Shown here piece after piece: positions 26,084 through 40,253 of a stretch of DNA of 63,958 nucleotides. The translations under genes and the position numbers were made by a program. Origin of the DNA: Trichinella spiralis (Eukaryota); the NCBI RefSeq assembly GCF_000181795.1, contig NW_003526943.1, forward strand, positions 62,043 through 126,000, given 5' to 3'. Each line of letters begins with the position of its first letter. Position 1 is the stretch's first letter. Under the pieces are notes generated by a model. That model saw only the letters and a list, made by a program, of their open reading frames with translations. It was not told the origin of the DNA and did no database searches.

Positions 26084-27340
26084 CTACTTGCAATATTGAA
26101 AGTAAGTTGTGATGCCAAATAATTGGAACAAATGAGCGAAGATATTCAGCTTGCTTGGCCAAGCGTCAATAAGAGCATATTCCATTGGTGCAAGAAAACT
26201 CAACCATAATTGCACTGAAGGAACTCCAGCAAGAATAATTGTCGTAGTGAAAGCTGATTGTGAACAACAACTGCAAAAAGTTATAAAAATAAACCAAGCA
26301 ATGATGAGAAACAAAATGCAATACACCAAATATAGGAACGCGTGATTGGTGTTGAATGTTAAATAGGAGATTACATTTGTCAAATTTTCGTTAAGCATAA
26401 AACCAAAATATGATAAAATAAATAAACAAATGCAAAGTGCACAAAATACATCCGATTTGTCCTGCGAAGGTTGGCGCTTGATTGATTCTGCCCAAGCGAA
26501 GCAGATGGAATTGGCAGTACAATATATTATACTAACTGCATAGTGACGCAAAGAGAGGAGCGAAAAAATTCCATAATCTAAAATACAACTTTGTGCATTA
26601 TTTATTGTAGTTATTGAAAAAATTATTAAACTAAACAGAAACTTTCATTCAAAAGCATAATATGCTATCTTATTGATGATGTATTCCGGTAATGTTAATA
26701 ATATTCTACAACATGTCTCCAATTGTTATTATCATTATTTTAAATTTTCAATTAAAACTAAAAAGCAATTAATAATAATATTAATTATACATAATTGATT
26801 AATATCTCAAATAGCAAATGTTACTTACTGGCTAAAATTCCACAAAACAGCACGTAAATTGCCAAGTAGATTTCAACAAATGAAATTTCATGCCACAAAA
26901 TTAACTTTTTTAAAGTCAAAGTGAACATTGGTGCATAGAAGCTTGCAATACGAAAAGCTTGAAAATATCGAGCGTCATAACGTGCATGGTACAATCGCAG
27001 ATAGAAGGAGATGTACATAAGAAAAGCTGGCCATATGCAGTTTTGCACTTGACTGATGGTTAGTCTTTTTTCTGATGAAGTGCGAAATTTTCTAACAGAA
27101 AACAAAATATGAAATACAATACAAATAAGGAAATTTACTTTGCATTTCTTACCGAAATAGTAAAGATGCAACAATTAATACACCAAATGATATAAACAGA
27201 ATAGTATCTTGAAAACGAAAGTAAAATCTTGCTATGGAAATTTTAACCAAAGCATCAAGCAGTAATGATGAAATTAGACAGTTCAAGGACATTATGAATG
27301 ACCATTCGCGCTTTATAATATGCATAAGTTGTGATTCCAT
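26084..27340 (-). CDS. Divergent multi-pass SLC35D/SQV-7-like nucleotide-sugar transporter (~314 aa)
   Basis: Exons 27153-27340, 26829-27091, 26084-26577 join in frame and give ~9-10 hydrophobic segments. SQSAFTTTIILAG resembles the SLC35D NSALTTTIVG motif; FTLTLKKLIL and the terminal LNIF..LFQLFGITTY helices are also compatible. Confidence 0.65.
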
Positions 27341-29631
27341 TTTTGTTCTGCAGATGTTGGCATAAAAATTATAGCATGCAAAATTTCATATAAAATAAGA
27401 CATTTTTTGTTTAGCAAGCAACCTGAAATTTGAATAAATAACTTTAAATTAATGGAATATGGATTACATATTTCACTTTAGCAGATCAGTTCATGTTACT
27501 TTATTGATTCATATAATATTATTATATTTTGTGTGTATATATGATAAGCCAAATGAATAATTTTGATTTTCAAACAACCAGCATTTAACTAAAAATAATT
27601 TAATGCATGAATATAATTGTATGACACAATTGATGAATGTAATAAATGATGCTTTTTATGTTTGAAATGCTTCAAATTTAAATATTACAAAGACTATCAA
27701 ACTTGATTAAAAAAATTTTAATCAAAAAAATAAAAGCAAATGAATTTATGCAACGAACAGTGAAAATTATAATAAATATAGAAATCTTACATACATCGGT
27801 CCTATCTTATACATGCAAGTTTGCAGAACAGTTTGCAGCACAAATTTTGGGGAATGCAGATATTGAAGAATTTCTTAAACAGGACTTATTGCCTTGACCT
27901 TTTAGTTCTTCGAATTACTAATATCTATTTTAAAATAATTTACCCCTCCAGACCCTAATTATTTTCTTTTGTCAGAAAAATTTGGAAACTTAGGGAATTA
28001 ATGCTATTAGGGATGTGATGTTGTATGGGAAGTTTGAGAAAACATAATTGGTGCGGTTCTAATTTTCTGAGATGTATCATATATGATACGTTGGGCTGGG
28101 GGTGAACAGTGCTATGCATCATGATGTGGATTGTAATCGTCATGTTTCAGTAATCATTTGAAAAAGAGCAGTGATTTGCTAAATAAATGTGATTAAGAGA
28201 AACAATATTTACATAATTTTTTTTATAATAATCATTTCATAACAGAAATAGTTTTCTAATAAATTTAAGAAGTTATATTTACTTTTTGCTGAAAAGAATA
28301 AATTTGGACTGAAATAGGAACTTCTTTTAAAAAAGTGTCGTAAAAAATTATGCGTTTTCAGATGCCTAAAAAAGTGATTTATATATTATATTTGTCTAGA
28401 AAATTGTTTTTAATTTTTGAAAAGTAATTTAATGCACATTATTTTATGTCACATTTTGCAATATAGATGTTAAGCATGTGTTGCACATATATAATATCGC
28501 ATATATTCATAATCTGATCTTGCACAGTTTATACATGCATTGTTATTTATTCATTTTTCATTGATAAGAACTAATAACCAGTTAAAAGTATGTTAAATTA
28601 TTTGTTTTACAATTTAAAACTTTTGACAAACATTGTTTACTTCAAATTTATATTCATCACATATTCGTGGCGTCGGTATTAAAGCTAGCATAAAGTATAA
28701 GCATGAAAATGCTGATGATGAATTGAAATTAATATCAAAGATACTTTTATTGTGTATTATTTGTTCAATTTATGAAATAGAATTCAGTTTATTAAAATTG
28801 ACATGGCATTAATTAACATTATAATACACAAGAGCTTAAAATTTCACTTTAATGATACATTTTGTAAATAAATACATCTTTTATTTATACTTTTATTTAC
28901 ATAATAATTTGAAAAAAATTATTTTTATAATAGAAATATGCAAGCATGTTTTGTGCATTTCTTTGGCAATGATATTTGCATATTTTTTTCTGATTTTTTT
29001 GAACATTTTTGGGTACAAAAGCTGTAGGTGTTAATATAAGTGTAGAATTTGAAATTAAAAAAAAATTTTTTTAATTTTTATGAAAACCGCAATCAATAAA
29101 ATTTCAATGCTAGCGGAAGTGGGTATAAGACGCTGAAGCAATTGAATGTGATTCTTTTAACTTTTCAAAAGATTAGGCAACCAGTTGGAATCTTGTTGTT
29201 TGACTCTTCATCGGCCGGCCAACTTCAGAGAATTTCAATGACAGCTAAAACTGGCCGTATAAATCTGGCTGTTCGTATTTGCATGAGCCCCAAAAGTAAA
29301 CAGTACAATCATGTAAAGAAAAGTAAGCTAGAAGAAAGCTTCATTTTCAGTTTTTGTTTGTGTCCGATCGCTGGTTCTCGTAGGTCGCGCAAGTTTAGCA
29401 CACTTGTATTGGCTAGCACGGGCGTCTCTGTTTGTTCATGCCACTGCTTTTCTTGATCATCGAAACTCTTTCCTAGAGAAATGGTACCTCAACAGCTACG
29501 CACTTTTCAATAAATCACAACTGGTTGTCTATGGTGTAAAGCTGTTTGCATCTTTTTTTTTGTTTTCATTTTAAATAATCAGCTCATAATAATTAAGCTA
29601 TTTTAATTTTAAGGATTATACTCTATACAAA

Positions 29632-32600
29632 ATGGAAAACTCACCAAAATTCTTCAAGAAATTATTTGCCTTCTTTTTAATTGTCTTAATTTATTTTGGC
29701 AAATTTGGTAAGCAAATTTGAAATTTTATTTTATTTTATTTTATTTTTTCTCCACTTATTTTTTATTTTCTTTTACTTATGAAGCATTGTGTTCATCATT
29801 TCAAAATGGTACAACACATCGGCCATACGAAAATGAGCAATGTAATTCTCCAGGTGCTCAACTATATGCTATTGATAATTATCCAAACAAATTTCTTTAC
29901 TGTGAACCAAGCAGCAGGTAAAAAAAAGTTATGCTTTATGTTTCACTTGATGACTTTTAAAAATATTCAATCAATAAAATATGCCAGACGATATATAATA
30001 GCATCGTGTCCAACGTTTAATGGAAAACCACTTTTATTCGATGAAAAACATCAACAATGTACCCCAAGATTTTCAGCAGTGCGTAGAACACCAGGAATTC
30101 CTAGTAAGAAAACCTTTCATTTATGCTATTCAAAAATTATTCTGAATTCGACAATTATATTAAAAATATCGTATTAAAATTAATACTATTAAATAGTTGT
30201 TGTAAATTCACTGAATTATGAATAATTTCTCTACATTCAGTTGAGTTTAAATTTACTTACTGATTACGCTTCTTTTGTATTTTATTTTCAGCCTTGTTCC
30301 ATCAAATAAGCAGTAATAATTTAATTCGAAACTGTTGCTCTATGACCGTATATTATAATATCCTATAAATTTAATAAATTTAAATAAAGTAAAAATTTTT
30401 ATTTTCTTAATTATTTACAATTCTTAATTCACTTTTTGCATGCAATAGCTAATTGTGATAAATTTTTTCTTTTCTGTCACAACCTGAAAAGATGAAATTT
30501 CCAAATAAAATTAACCTTATTCATCATGAACTTCACAGTTAGTCATACATAATTCAGTATACTTTATACATTCCTTTAATTTTCCTTTATTTTGCATATA
30601 AGCTGAAAATTTAATTAAATTAACGCGTTACATTTTACTAATTATGCTATGCTGCATCATGTTTTTTTCACATCCATACTTTAAATAAGTATCAATGAAT
30701 TAAAACAACATATAAAACAAAAGAAGCAGAATTTTAGAAAATTTTAAATACTCCAAAAACTGTCATTTTGAAATAAAACTTGAATTTTTATTAATCATAT
30801 AACATTAAGTAAATGCGAATGAAAAAAAAGTATTTAGGATCAAGCCATTTTGGTGAACCATGTAGTCAGAATACAGACTGTATGGGTAATATGTTCTGTC
30901 CTGCTGGCACTTGTCTGTGTCTTCCTGGTTACATTGACATTGGGCAGCATTGCTATTCCAGTAGGGACAATAAATAATATTATTAGTTAATTTAACTGCC
31001 ATTACATTATTACAATTTATACAAATATTCAGTAATTAATCCTGGCCAACCTGGTTGCATAAACAATCGGCAGTGTGCGGCAATTTGGCCAGGGGCATAC
31101 TGCCAAAGTGGTTCTTGTCAATGCCCTGCAAATAGAGTACCTCTTGAAACTAAAGATGGTGTTGTCTGTCATAGAATAGGTGATACGTTACAGACAGTTT
31201 TGAAAATTTAAAACAGTTTTTGAATCTTTTTCATTTTAAGGATTTTGCCCTTTACCAGATGAAGTTATTGGACGTCCCAGTGCTTTGCCTGATGTTCATT
31301 GTGATTCCAAACAACCGTTACATGACAGTGATTGCAACAACATGGGAGATTTGTATGATTGTGTACCTGATGCAAATGCTGCCGAAAGTCATTGCTGCCC
31401 AAATAGAGGTACAAACAAAGTAGATATGTTTTTATTAATAAAAATTAATTTAGTGAGAACTTAATGATATTTAGTCGCATTTTAGGTTAGTGATTTTGTC
31501 ATTAATTTAGATTTATTTAGTGTCATGATGTTCCAACAATTACAATTAAACAGTACCCTACTGTTTTCTGTTTCAATAGACTTTTTTGCTAAACTTAAAG
31601 ATAGTTGAAAAATTGAGAAGTTTATTTAAAAGAGTAGAAGTTCCTACGCAAACAAATCTTGAGTATTATTGCTAAATGTATGATAAGCATTTTTGACTAA
31701 ATAGTATTTCACATTTTGAAGCACGTTTTAAAATAATTTTATAGCAATGACCTGCATACAGAGTAAATCAGATGTTGTCGCATCAGCAGTTGGTGCTCAA
31801 AGCAGATATTGGTACAACAGCATTACTGGAAATTGTGAACAATTTCTTTATGATACCACATCTGAATTTACAACTGCCAACAATTTTTTGACTATTGAAC
31901 AGTGCCAATCTTATTGCTCAGTTAGTAAGCAAAAAATTATATATCTACGTTTGAAACATTTTAAATTTGTTTTATTTTATGAAAAGAAGAGAAAACTATC
32001 TATTTTCATGCTATTTTAATACCGTTATTAATCATTAAAATGTAACAAATGACTGTAGAGTTTAAAGCAAAATTCAAAAATTTAGATTTTTATGATAGAG
32101 GCCTCATGCTTTAATGAATATCTCTGTGCACTATTTAATTGAAAAGCAATATACTTTTTCAGCATGCAAACGTGGTTTGCCTCAATACGTTGGCAGTGCT
32201 CCAAAACAATGTCAAAGCAATTCACAATGTGGTAGCACAGTTGGGAAGTATCAATGTGCTACGGTAGGGGCAAAAAGATACTGCTGCCCCAGCATTTGTA
32301 ATTTGTTTTACTACGTTTTTTTCAGTTTATAAATGTTATGCCAATGTTTTAGCAAATTTTATTTGTGCCCCTCAAGGAGGCAGAATTTCAAAGCATCTTG
32401 CCCCGGATCCTGGTGTTGGAGCTTTAACAGAAACTCGATGGTACTTTGATTCTGCAACAAAAACCTGTCAATCTTTTATGTACAGAGGGCACGGAGGGAA
32501 CTTTAATAATTTCTTATCTCAACAAGATTGCATGTCTACGTGCGTTCAGAGTATGTTTCTTTGATATTTTATCAAAACTTCTGATACCGAATAACTTTGT

Positions 32601-35600
32601 ATTGTATTAAATAAAATTATAATAGTTTTGCTTTGTAACAGAAAATATTGACATATATAAAGGTTTGAATTTACAAAATTATGCATAAAAGCATCTGCAA
32701 TGCAATTAGCTCAATGACTGTCAGTTTAAGTTTAATTTAATGCTGGTTAAGTTTGTTAATTTATTTCATTGCACACTTTTATAAATTCATGAAATATATA
32801 TTAGTTGAGTTTTGTTTTGTGGCCAAATTATTAATTTAATTTAATTGCAGATGTCTGTGAACATGGTGAGCCATTAAGAGATATGAACGATAATGTCCAG
32901 CAGTGTAGTGGCGGTAGAGGCTGTCCAAGTTCATACGAATGCCGGCGAAATGTCTGCTGTCCTAGCAAACGTATAAAGTTCCTTTTGATTGCATTTTAAA
33001 ACAAACATTTTGTGTAAATAAAGTTAAAACTCATAGAACCATTAATTTCAATATCATAAATAACTTAACTTTGAACAATAATAATTAACATGCTATAATT
33101 AATAGCAATATTATTTGTAAAATTTTACTTTTTACAAAATAAGTAAGTGAATTTTATTTATCAGGGAAATTTCTTAAAACATTTTGCATGCATTTGAAAT
33201 TAATGCTATACTATTTAGTTAATGATGGAATATTAGAACTAAAATACAAATACTTATTGCTTAAACAACATTTTTTAGATTTATACATTCTTTAATTTCT
33301 CTTAACATTTAGAAACTGTCTGCTCTCAGCCAAAGTTGTTCGGAACTTGCACTTCAGCAGTTGTACGATTCTGGTACAATGCAGCTACACGAGACTGTGA
33401 AGCATTTACTTACACAGGTTGCAATGGAAACGACAATAATTTTGACACTTATATTCAGTGTGTTTCATTTTGCCGAGATTCTATAAGTGAGTGCACAGCA
33501 AATTTCAAATAAATATAATTTATTAATGTGACAGTAAAACCTGCTACTGGTGATTAATTAATAAATAATACGCATTCATATTTAGATTAGTATGATAGCC
33601 TTTTCTTTTTTTACATTCACTATATTTTCTCGCATGTTTTACCTTAGTTAATTATTTCTTCAGAGTTTGATGTCAACAGAGTAATAGTTTTTCCCATCTT
33701 GCACGATGCTAATTTTTAAAACTATTTTACTCAGTTGTGTTGTCATTGTTTTCATAGATGAAATATGATTAAATCTGCTGTGTTAATTCAGGAAAAGCAA
33801 CATGCGTACAAGGTGAACCAGACAAGGATTCCTCTGGAAAATATTATACTTGTTCAATAACTGGTGGTGGCAATCAGTGTCGTCCCAACTTTGAATGCTA
33901 TTTTGATGGTTCGATTTATGGATGCTGTCCAAAGAAAGGTATTAAATAACTTTACTATTTAAAAAGCTGAAATGAACTGAAATGCTGAGTGCTGGTTTTA
34001 GCATATACTTGCAGCTTAAACAGAGCACCCGGAAGTGCTTGCGGAGCATCTACGGTTAGATGGTACTTTGATCCAACAAGCAAAGTTTGCAAGACATTCA
34101 GCTATTTGGGTTGTGACGGAAATAGCAACAACTTTGATACAAAAGATCGCTGCGAACGCTACTGTGGTGTTGGAGGCTGCCCTTATGGCGGAAAACCTTT
34201 TCAGGATGACAGCATGAGCATAAGAGTTTGCAATGATGCTACTATAACCTGCCCAGGAGGTTACGAATGTGTTACAGTAGCAGTTTCAAACGCTGCAGTG
34301 CGATATTGCTGTCCCACCAGAGGTAAGAAATATTATTTTTAAACATCAGTGTTCAATATTAAATTAAAATGATGTATTTTTTAGCTTCTATCTGCTCACA
34401 GCCTCCAAATCGAGGAACTCAGTGTGGAGCACCTTCTGAACGCTTTTATTTTAATCCTGTTTTAAAAAAATGCACAAAGTTTACGTATTATGGATGTGCT
34501 GGCAATGAAAACAATTTTCCATCATTGGCACAGTGCATGAATTTTTGCAGTTCTTCTGGTATGTAATTCAGTGATTTTATGTGAAATAAATAATTAAATA
34601 TTTTTTCAGCTTGCGATGCAGGGGAAGGCATAATAATGGATCCAAATAGCCAAGCTGCTGTTCGATGTACCCCTGGAATACAGAATAGTTGCCCACCAGG
34701 ATATAACTGCCGAATGGACTCTTTGACAAACACTCATATATGCTGTGGAGCTACAGATATGGGTATAAAATAGATAAATTTTAAATCAAATGTATTTATT
34801 ACGCTTTTCAGGTGTTTGCCCTCCTGGTGAAAGAGCTTACGTAGACGCATTAACTCAACAAGTTCGAGAGTGTCAGCCAGGAGCAACAGTTAGTTGTCCC
34901 AGCAATTATCTTTGTCGTCCAAACATTAATAGAAACCGTTATTTCTGTTGTGGAATTTCTCAAAAATGTAATATTTGCATATCTCTATCAATCTGTACAT
35001 GCCTGAGTTCTTTTTGATTTGCTTTTAGCAATGTGTCCGGAAGGAAGGGCACCTTTCTATGATTCTGTCACCTTTCAACCACAAAGTTGTGTCACTGGCC
35101 CGTTTAATCCTTGCCCACCTGATTATTCATGCCAGTCGACAACAGGCCAACGAGAAGGATACTGCTGTACAATACAACGTAAAACTTAAATTCTTAATTT
35201 ATAATGCTGCTTTCACGTGTGTGCTTAACTGCTTAGAACCTTTTTAACTTAATATAATTCATTTTATGATGAAAAATAGGCGTATTTATATGACATATAT
35301 TATAAATATAAATAGACAGCATATAAATAACAATATAAGTAAACAGCTGTTTTCTGCTCAGTTTGATAAGCACTATAGATTTAATAAAAAGCAGTTCTTT
35401 TTTAGCAATTTGCCGTGATGGCAGTGAATACTACATTGAACCAAACACTAAAGCTCCTAGATCATGTTCTTTGTTGTCAATGGGTTTTGAACAGTGCCCA
35501 TCTGGTTTTACTTGTCAAACTACTCGACTGGGTTCAAACACTGGATATTGCTGCAAAACTTCTTCTGAATCAAGTATTTATTTTGTTAATTAAATCAAAG

Positions 35601-38600
35601 GGAATAACTTATGCTAATAATAATTAAACAGAAGATCAAAATAATTTTCTGATTTATGTTGCTGTTTTTTTAATAAATATGTTAGCATAATTTAACAGTT
35701 TTCTTTAACATATAACAGTGTCCTTATAGTTCTGTTTTAAAATTATTTAACTAAAAAATGAAATTTAGGGATATGTAGTGTTGGACATCCGTATTATGAA
35801 GGGAACATACCAAAGGCATGCACACCAGGAATTCAGAGTTGTCCTCCTGGTTACAACTGCATTCCGTCTGCAAGCATGACTGGAATGCATTATTGCTGTT
35901 CAACAGGAGCAATCGGTTTAGTTTAAATGTTGCTCAACCAATAATAAAATAACTTTTTTTAGATGGTTGCCCACCAGGAACTGTCGCACATCTAATTAAC
36001 GGAATACCACAATATTGTCATCCTGTGTCAGGACCACAGTGTCAAGCAGGATATACTTGTCAATACACTTCAGCTGGAAGATATCAATGCTGTGGTGTTG
36101 CAACAGCAACTGGTAACTTTAAATTTATCATTTGAAATATAAGTAGTTTCTTTATTAGTATCATAAATATGCTTTCATTCATAAACATATTTTTTCAGTA
36201 GTACTTCAAGATAGCAGGTAAACTAAACCGTCCTACATTGTACTTTTTAATCAGACAATCAGTGGAATTTCATTAAATGTAGTAAAAAAGATTAAAGTAA
36301 CTTTTAATCATCATTTAATTTATATAGTGCAATAGTTTAGCATAATACGAAATGTTTTAATTTCATCATACAGATGTTTTTTTTCTAATAGAATGTATTA
36401 CTGATTATCATCAATTTTCATCAAAGTGAATCAGCTATTAAAAATTGCACATATAGAAAAGCTAGTCATTATTTATGATTTCAGTTAATTATAGTTGATT
36501 TCTTTAAGATTTTTATTTCGTTGAATATAGTGTATACGTACATATATATTAATTCAATTTTTAAGTGGATAAAAAATTAAGCTAACAAATTTTTATAAAA
36601 ATTAACCCTTTTTTTAATTAAGTTTGCCCTGCTGGAGCACAGGCATACACTGATCCAGTTACCAGACAGCTACTGCAATGCACACCAGGTTCGATTTGCC
36701 CTGCCGGATACATTTGTACACCATCGTCTACTGGTTTAAGCTACTGCTGCTCATCATCAGTTGTTGGTCCACAAGGTAATAATGATGCAGAGTTCAACCT
36801 GAAATATATGATTAGTATATAAAAAATGCAGCCTATTTCACATTTGCATAACATATCCATGATGATAATATGATAAGGATAAATGAGACAGTAATAATAA
36901 AGAAAGATAAAAAATAATGAAATAAATTTAAAAATTGTTTGACTCTGAAAATATACAGATAAATGAATCTAAGTTATATTAAAATGAAATAATTATTAAC
37001 AGCTTTTATTAATGTTTAATTTAAAAAGTGTAAGTGTCTAATTCATACTGTTGTTCAAAATGATTACTTTAAATGACAAGCAAAGCAATTAATTTAATGC
37101 TGATACTTTTCTTATAATTGCAAACATAAAGAAAATGAACATAACAAGTATTCTAAATTTGCAGAGTTTAAAAGCTATATATATGCACTTTTAGCACAAC
37201 AGGTGATAAAATTTAATTTGAAGATAAAAGCCTTTATTTAACTAAAATTTTTTAGTTTGTCAAGGAAATGCTATTCCTTATATCAACCCTCAAACAGGAC
37301 AGCCCCAGCAGTGTGCTGCTGGAATACCATGTCCTGCCGGATATACATGTTCTTCAACTACATCATCATTAGGTCATTGTTGCCCATCATCAGACGCGCA
37401 GCTTCCATGTAAGCTGAAATTTTGCATTTTTTACCAATGCCGTGAAACTTCTAAGGCAAAAGCTTTTTTATGAATAATAAGTCATATTTAGCTTTATGTC
37501 CTCGTGGAAATCCTGCTCCTGGGATACAAGGAGGCATAGCTGTTTGTTCCTCAGGTGTAGCATGTCCAGCTGGCTACACTTGCATAAATTCCATCTGCTG
37601 TCCAACTCGAGGTAAAAGCTGGCAACATTTAAACATACTTTACGCATTAAAAATTTGAAACAAAAAAATTCGACGATAGCAAAGAAATTTGCTGTAAAAA
37701 ATTGAAATAAATTTCTTAGCAGAGGGCCCTGATTTTTAGTATTTGGTAACATTTTATAAAATTTTGAATTTGAAATTTAAATTTAAAAAAAGTTATATTA
37801 AAATTTCTATTTGGTAAACATTAAAAAGTAGTAAAACTATTAAATGTAACATTACGCGTTATCAAATTTTAGAGAAAATCTGCGCGGAACCAGCAGATTC
37901 TGGATATTCGTGTTCTACATATTCACCGCCTTCATCAAGGTATTTTTATGATCAACGTACACGGCACTGTTCACAGTTCTATTTTAATGGTTGTGGTGGA
38001 AATGGAAACAACTTTTTAACAATGAACGAATGCCTTAGTTATTGCGCAGGAAGTAATCATTCAACTTTTCAAATAAACAGAAACGATTTAGCGAACAATT
38101 TTAGTTTCTGGTGCATATAAATGTCCATATCCAGGCCACGAGCCCTATTATCCATCTCCAAATTCTCCACCTTTATTTTGCCAACCCAAAATGCCTAGGC
38201 AATGTCCTCCAGGTTATGAATGCCATAACGCTGGTACAAACTTTATTTGTTGTGGAAGACCTGGCGGAACAACAGGTAAGTAATTATTTATACTTCTGTG
38301 CATACATTTTATTTTTCACATTTAACTTTGTACATTTTTATATTTCATAGGAATAAAGCCAAGATGTCCTTATCCAAATCAACAAGCTTATATTCGACCA
38401 GGGACAAATTTTCCTATGAGATGCCAACCAATGAATCCAAAGAGCTGTCCACCAAGCTACTCATGCATGAATGGTGGAGATGGATTTATATGTTGTAAAA
38501 CAATCAGTCCAAGTTAAACGCTTTGAGATTGCAGTGTGCGTTTTTGTTATTTTAAATCTTTTGAAGGCAGCCAGATTTGTCCACCCGGTTCACGTCCGTA

Positions 38601-40253
38601 TTTGACACCGCATAACAACCAACCAATGAGATGCTCAGGAAATACATGTCCACGAGGATATCGTTGTACATATTCATCTGTTGGTAGAGGTTATTTTTGC
38701 TGTTCCAGTTCTACTATGATTGGAAGTAATGTCTCATTTTGCTGAATTTGCAATTTTTTATATAATGCAAATGTGAAAACGGATTTTCAATAGAACTTAA
38801 ATTTTTTGTAGCAGGAAAAATGGCTTAACAGTTGTAATATTTATGCTATCTAAAATTCCTCGCCAATACAGCGCATAATAATTAAGTTAATCTAGTTTTG
38901 AAAAGCATGAATTACTGAAAACAAAATGCTGGAGTGCAAACTGTTTTTTGCATAAAAATCCATACATACATAAGAATAATTATATTTTCTATTTAAAACC
39001 ATTAGCTTCACTTCAACTTTATTAAGTGATGCTTTTTTTTAATATGATTGCTAAAGTGTTTGACAGTTGTTAGTAAGTTGTATTGATGAATAAATGAATG
39101 ATAGGCTATTAAGATTTTTTTGGAATTGTAAAATTAGAAGATATCTTTTAAAAAAAGTTAAAGTTAAGTTCAAGATGCAACCAGAAATGCTTTTTCTAAT
39201 TTAACAATTTCAGTCAGCCTGAATATTACTGATACAAGTTATGAAAGTGGCGCATTACAATTATGAAAGTTATTGTAGTCACAATGATTGAACTTAAGAT
39301 CACCTTTTATTGGTTGGGAATATTTTTGTATTTTAAATTCTTAAATTTCATTAAATTTCACATTAATATTTATTTCTTTGAATTTTTATAATTATACATT
39401 TAATTATATTGTGATTTTATTCAGTTTTTGCTTTTGTGCAGATGTACGCCAAATTGCCTTTAGTATCAGTGTAGTTTTGCTTGTTTGATCAGCCCTGCTG
39501 TTGCTGAAATTGATAAAATTATTACTTTATTTAATTTTCAGCTGATGGATGTCCAAGCGGTCGACCTTACTATTATCCAAACACGAACAAGCCGTTAAAA
39601 TGTCAACCTGGTCTGACAGCATGTCCAAGAGGCTTCAATTGTGTTTACAGCTCACTCAATAAAGCATACCAATGCTGTTCTAACAGAAAATTGAAAAGTC
39701 CACGTTTAATAGATTCAGACATTCCAAGTAATAAATTTAATAGAATTTCAATTTTTAAATAAAAATTGTATCTTTTACCTTCGAATATTTAACTGTCAAG
39801 TTATATAATTAATGGAAACTAAAATTTTACTTAAAATTCATAGCAAGTGAAATTGATAAAACATGCAAGGTTAAAAGCGAAAAGACCATGATGACATTTA
39901 CATTAGAATTGCAATATATGAAATATTTCATGAAATGCAATGAAAATGCATTGAATATCTTTTTTAGGAATAGCTGCTGAAAAAATAGTAAACTGCTATT
40001 AACCATTTTTGTTATGCATTTTAAGCATCAAGGCTTTTTATTAGTTCAGCATACTGTTTTCATATAAGTAAATAAATAATGAAATAACTTATATTTTTTC
40101 ATAATAATAATAATAATCGTAATATTAGTGTTTTTTCAATACTGATTGTCTTCTTTTTTAGTTTCAGAATATGTTTGGAAAGAAAATCAGAATGCAAGTG
40201 AAGTTTTGTTGACAGAAGATTTGCCTAAAAATATTGAATTTGAATCTGACTAA
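29632..40253 (+). CDS. Large secreted cysteine-rich protein: signal peptide, chitin-binding-like module, 2 EB modules, 6 Kunitz/BPTI domains, ~18 Lustrin/WR1 repeats
   Basis: First exon 29632-29707 is hydrophobic (KKLFAFFLIVLIYFG). About 30 mostly phase-1 exons, roughly one module each. Kunitz motifs (RWYF...C..F.Y.GC.GN.NNF...C...C) near 31750, 32355, 33315, 34005, 34385, 37875, interleaved with C-P-x-G...CP.GY.C......CC repeats. Last exon 40162-40253 ends in TAA. Confidence 0.9.

Noticed and set aside
29142..29456. 104-aa ORF in GC-richer DNA
   Set aside because: Non-ATG start and no recognisable motif; more simply the promoter/5' UTR of the Kunitz gene.
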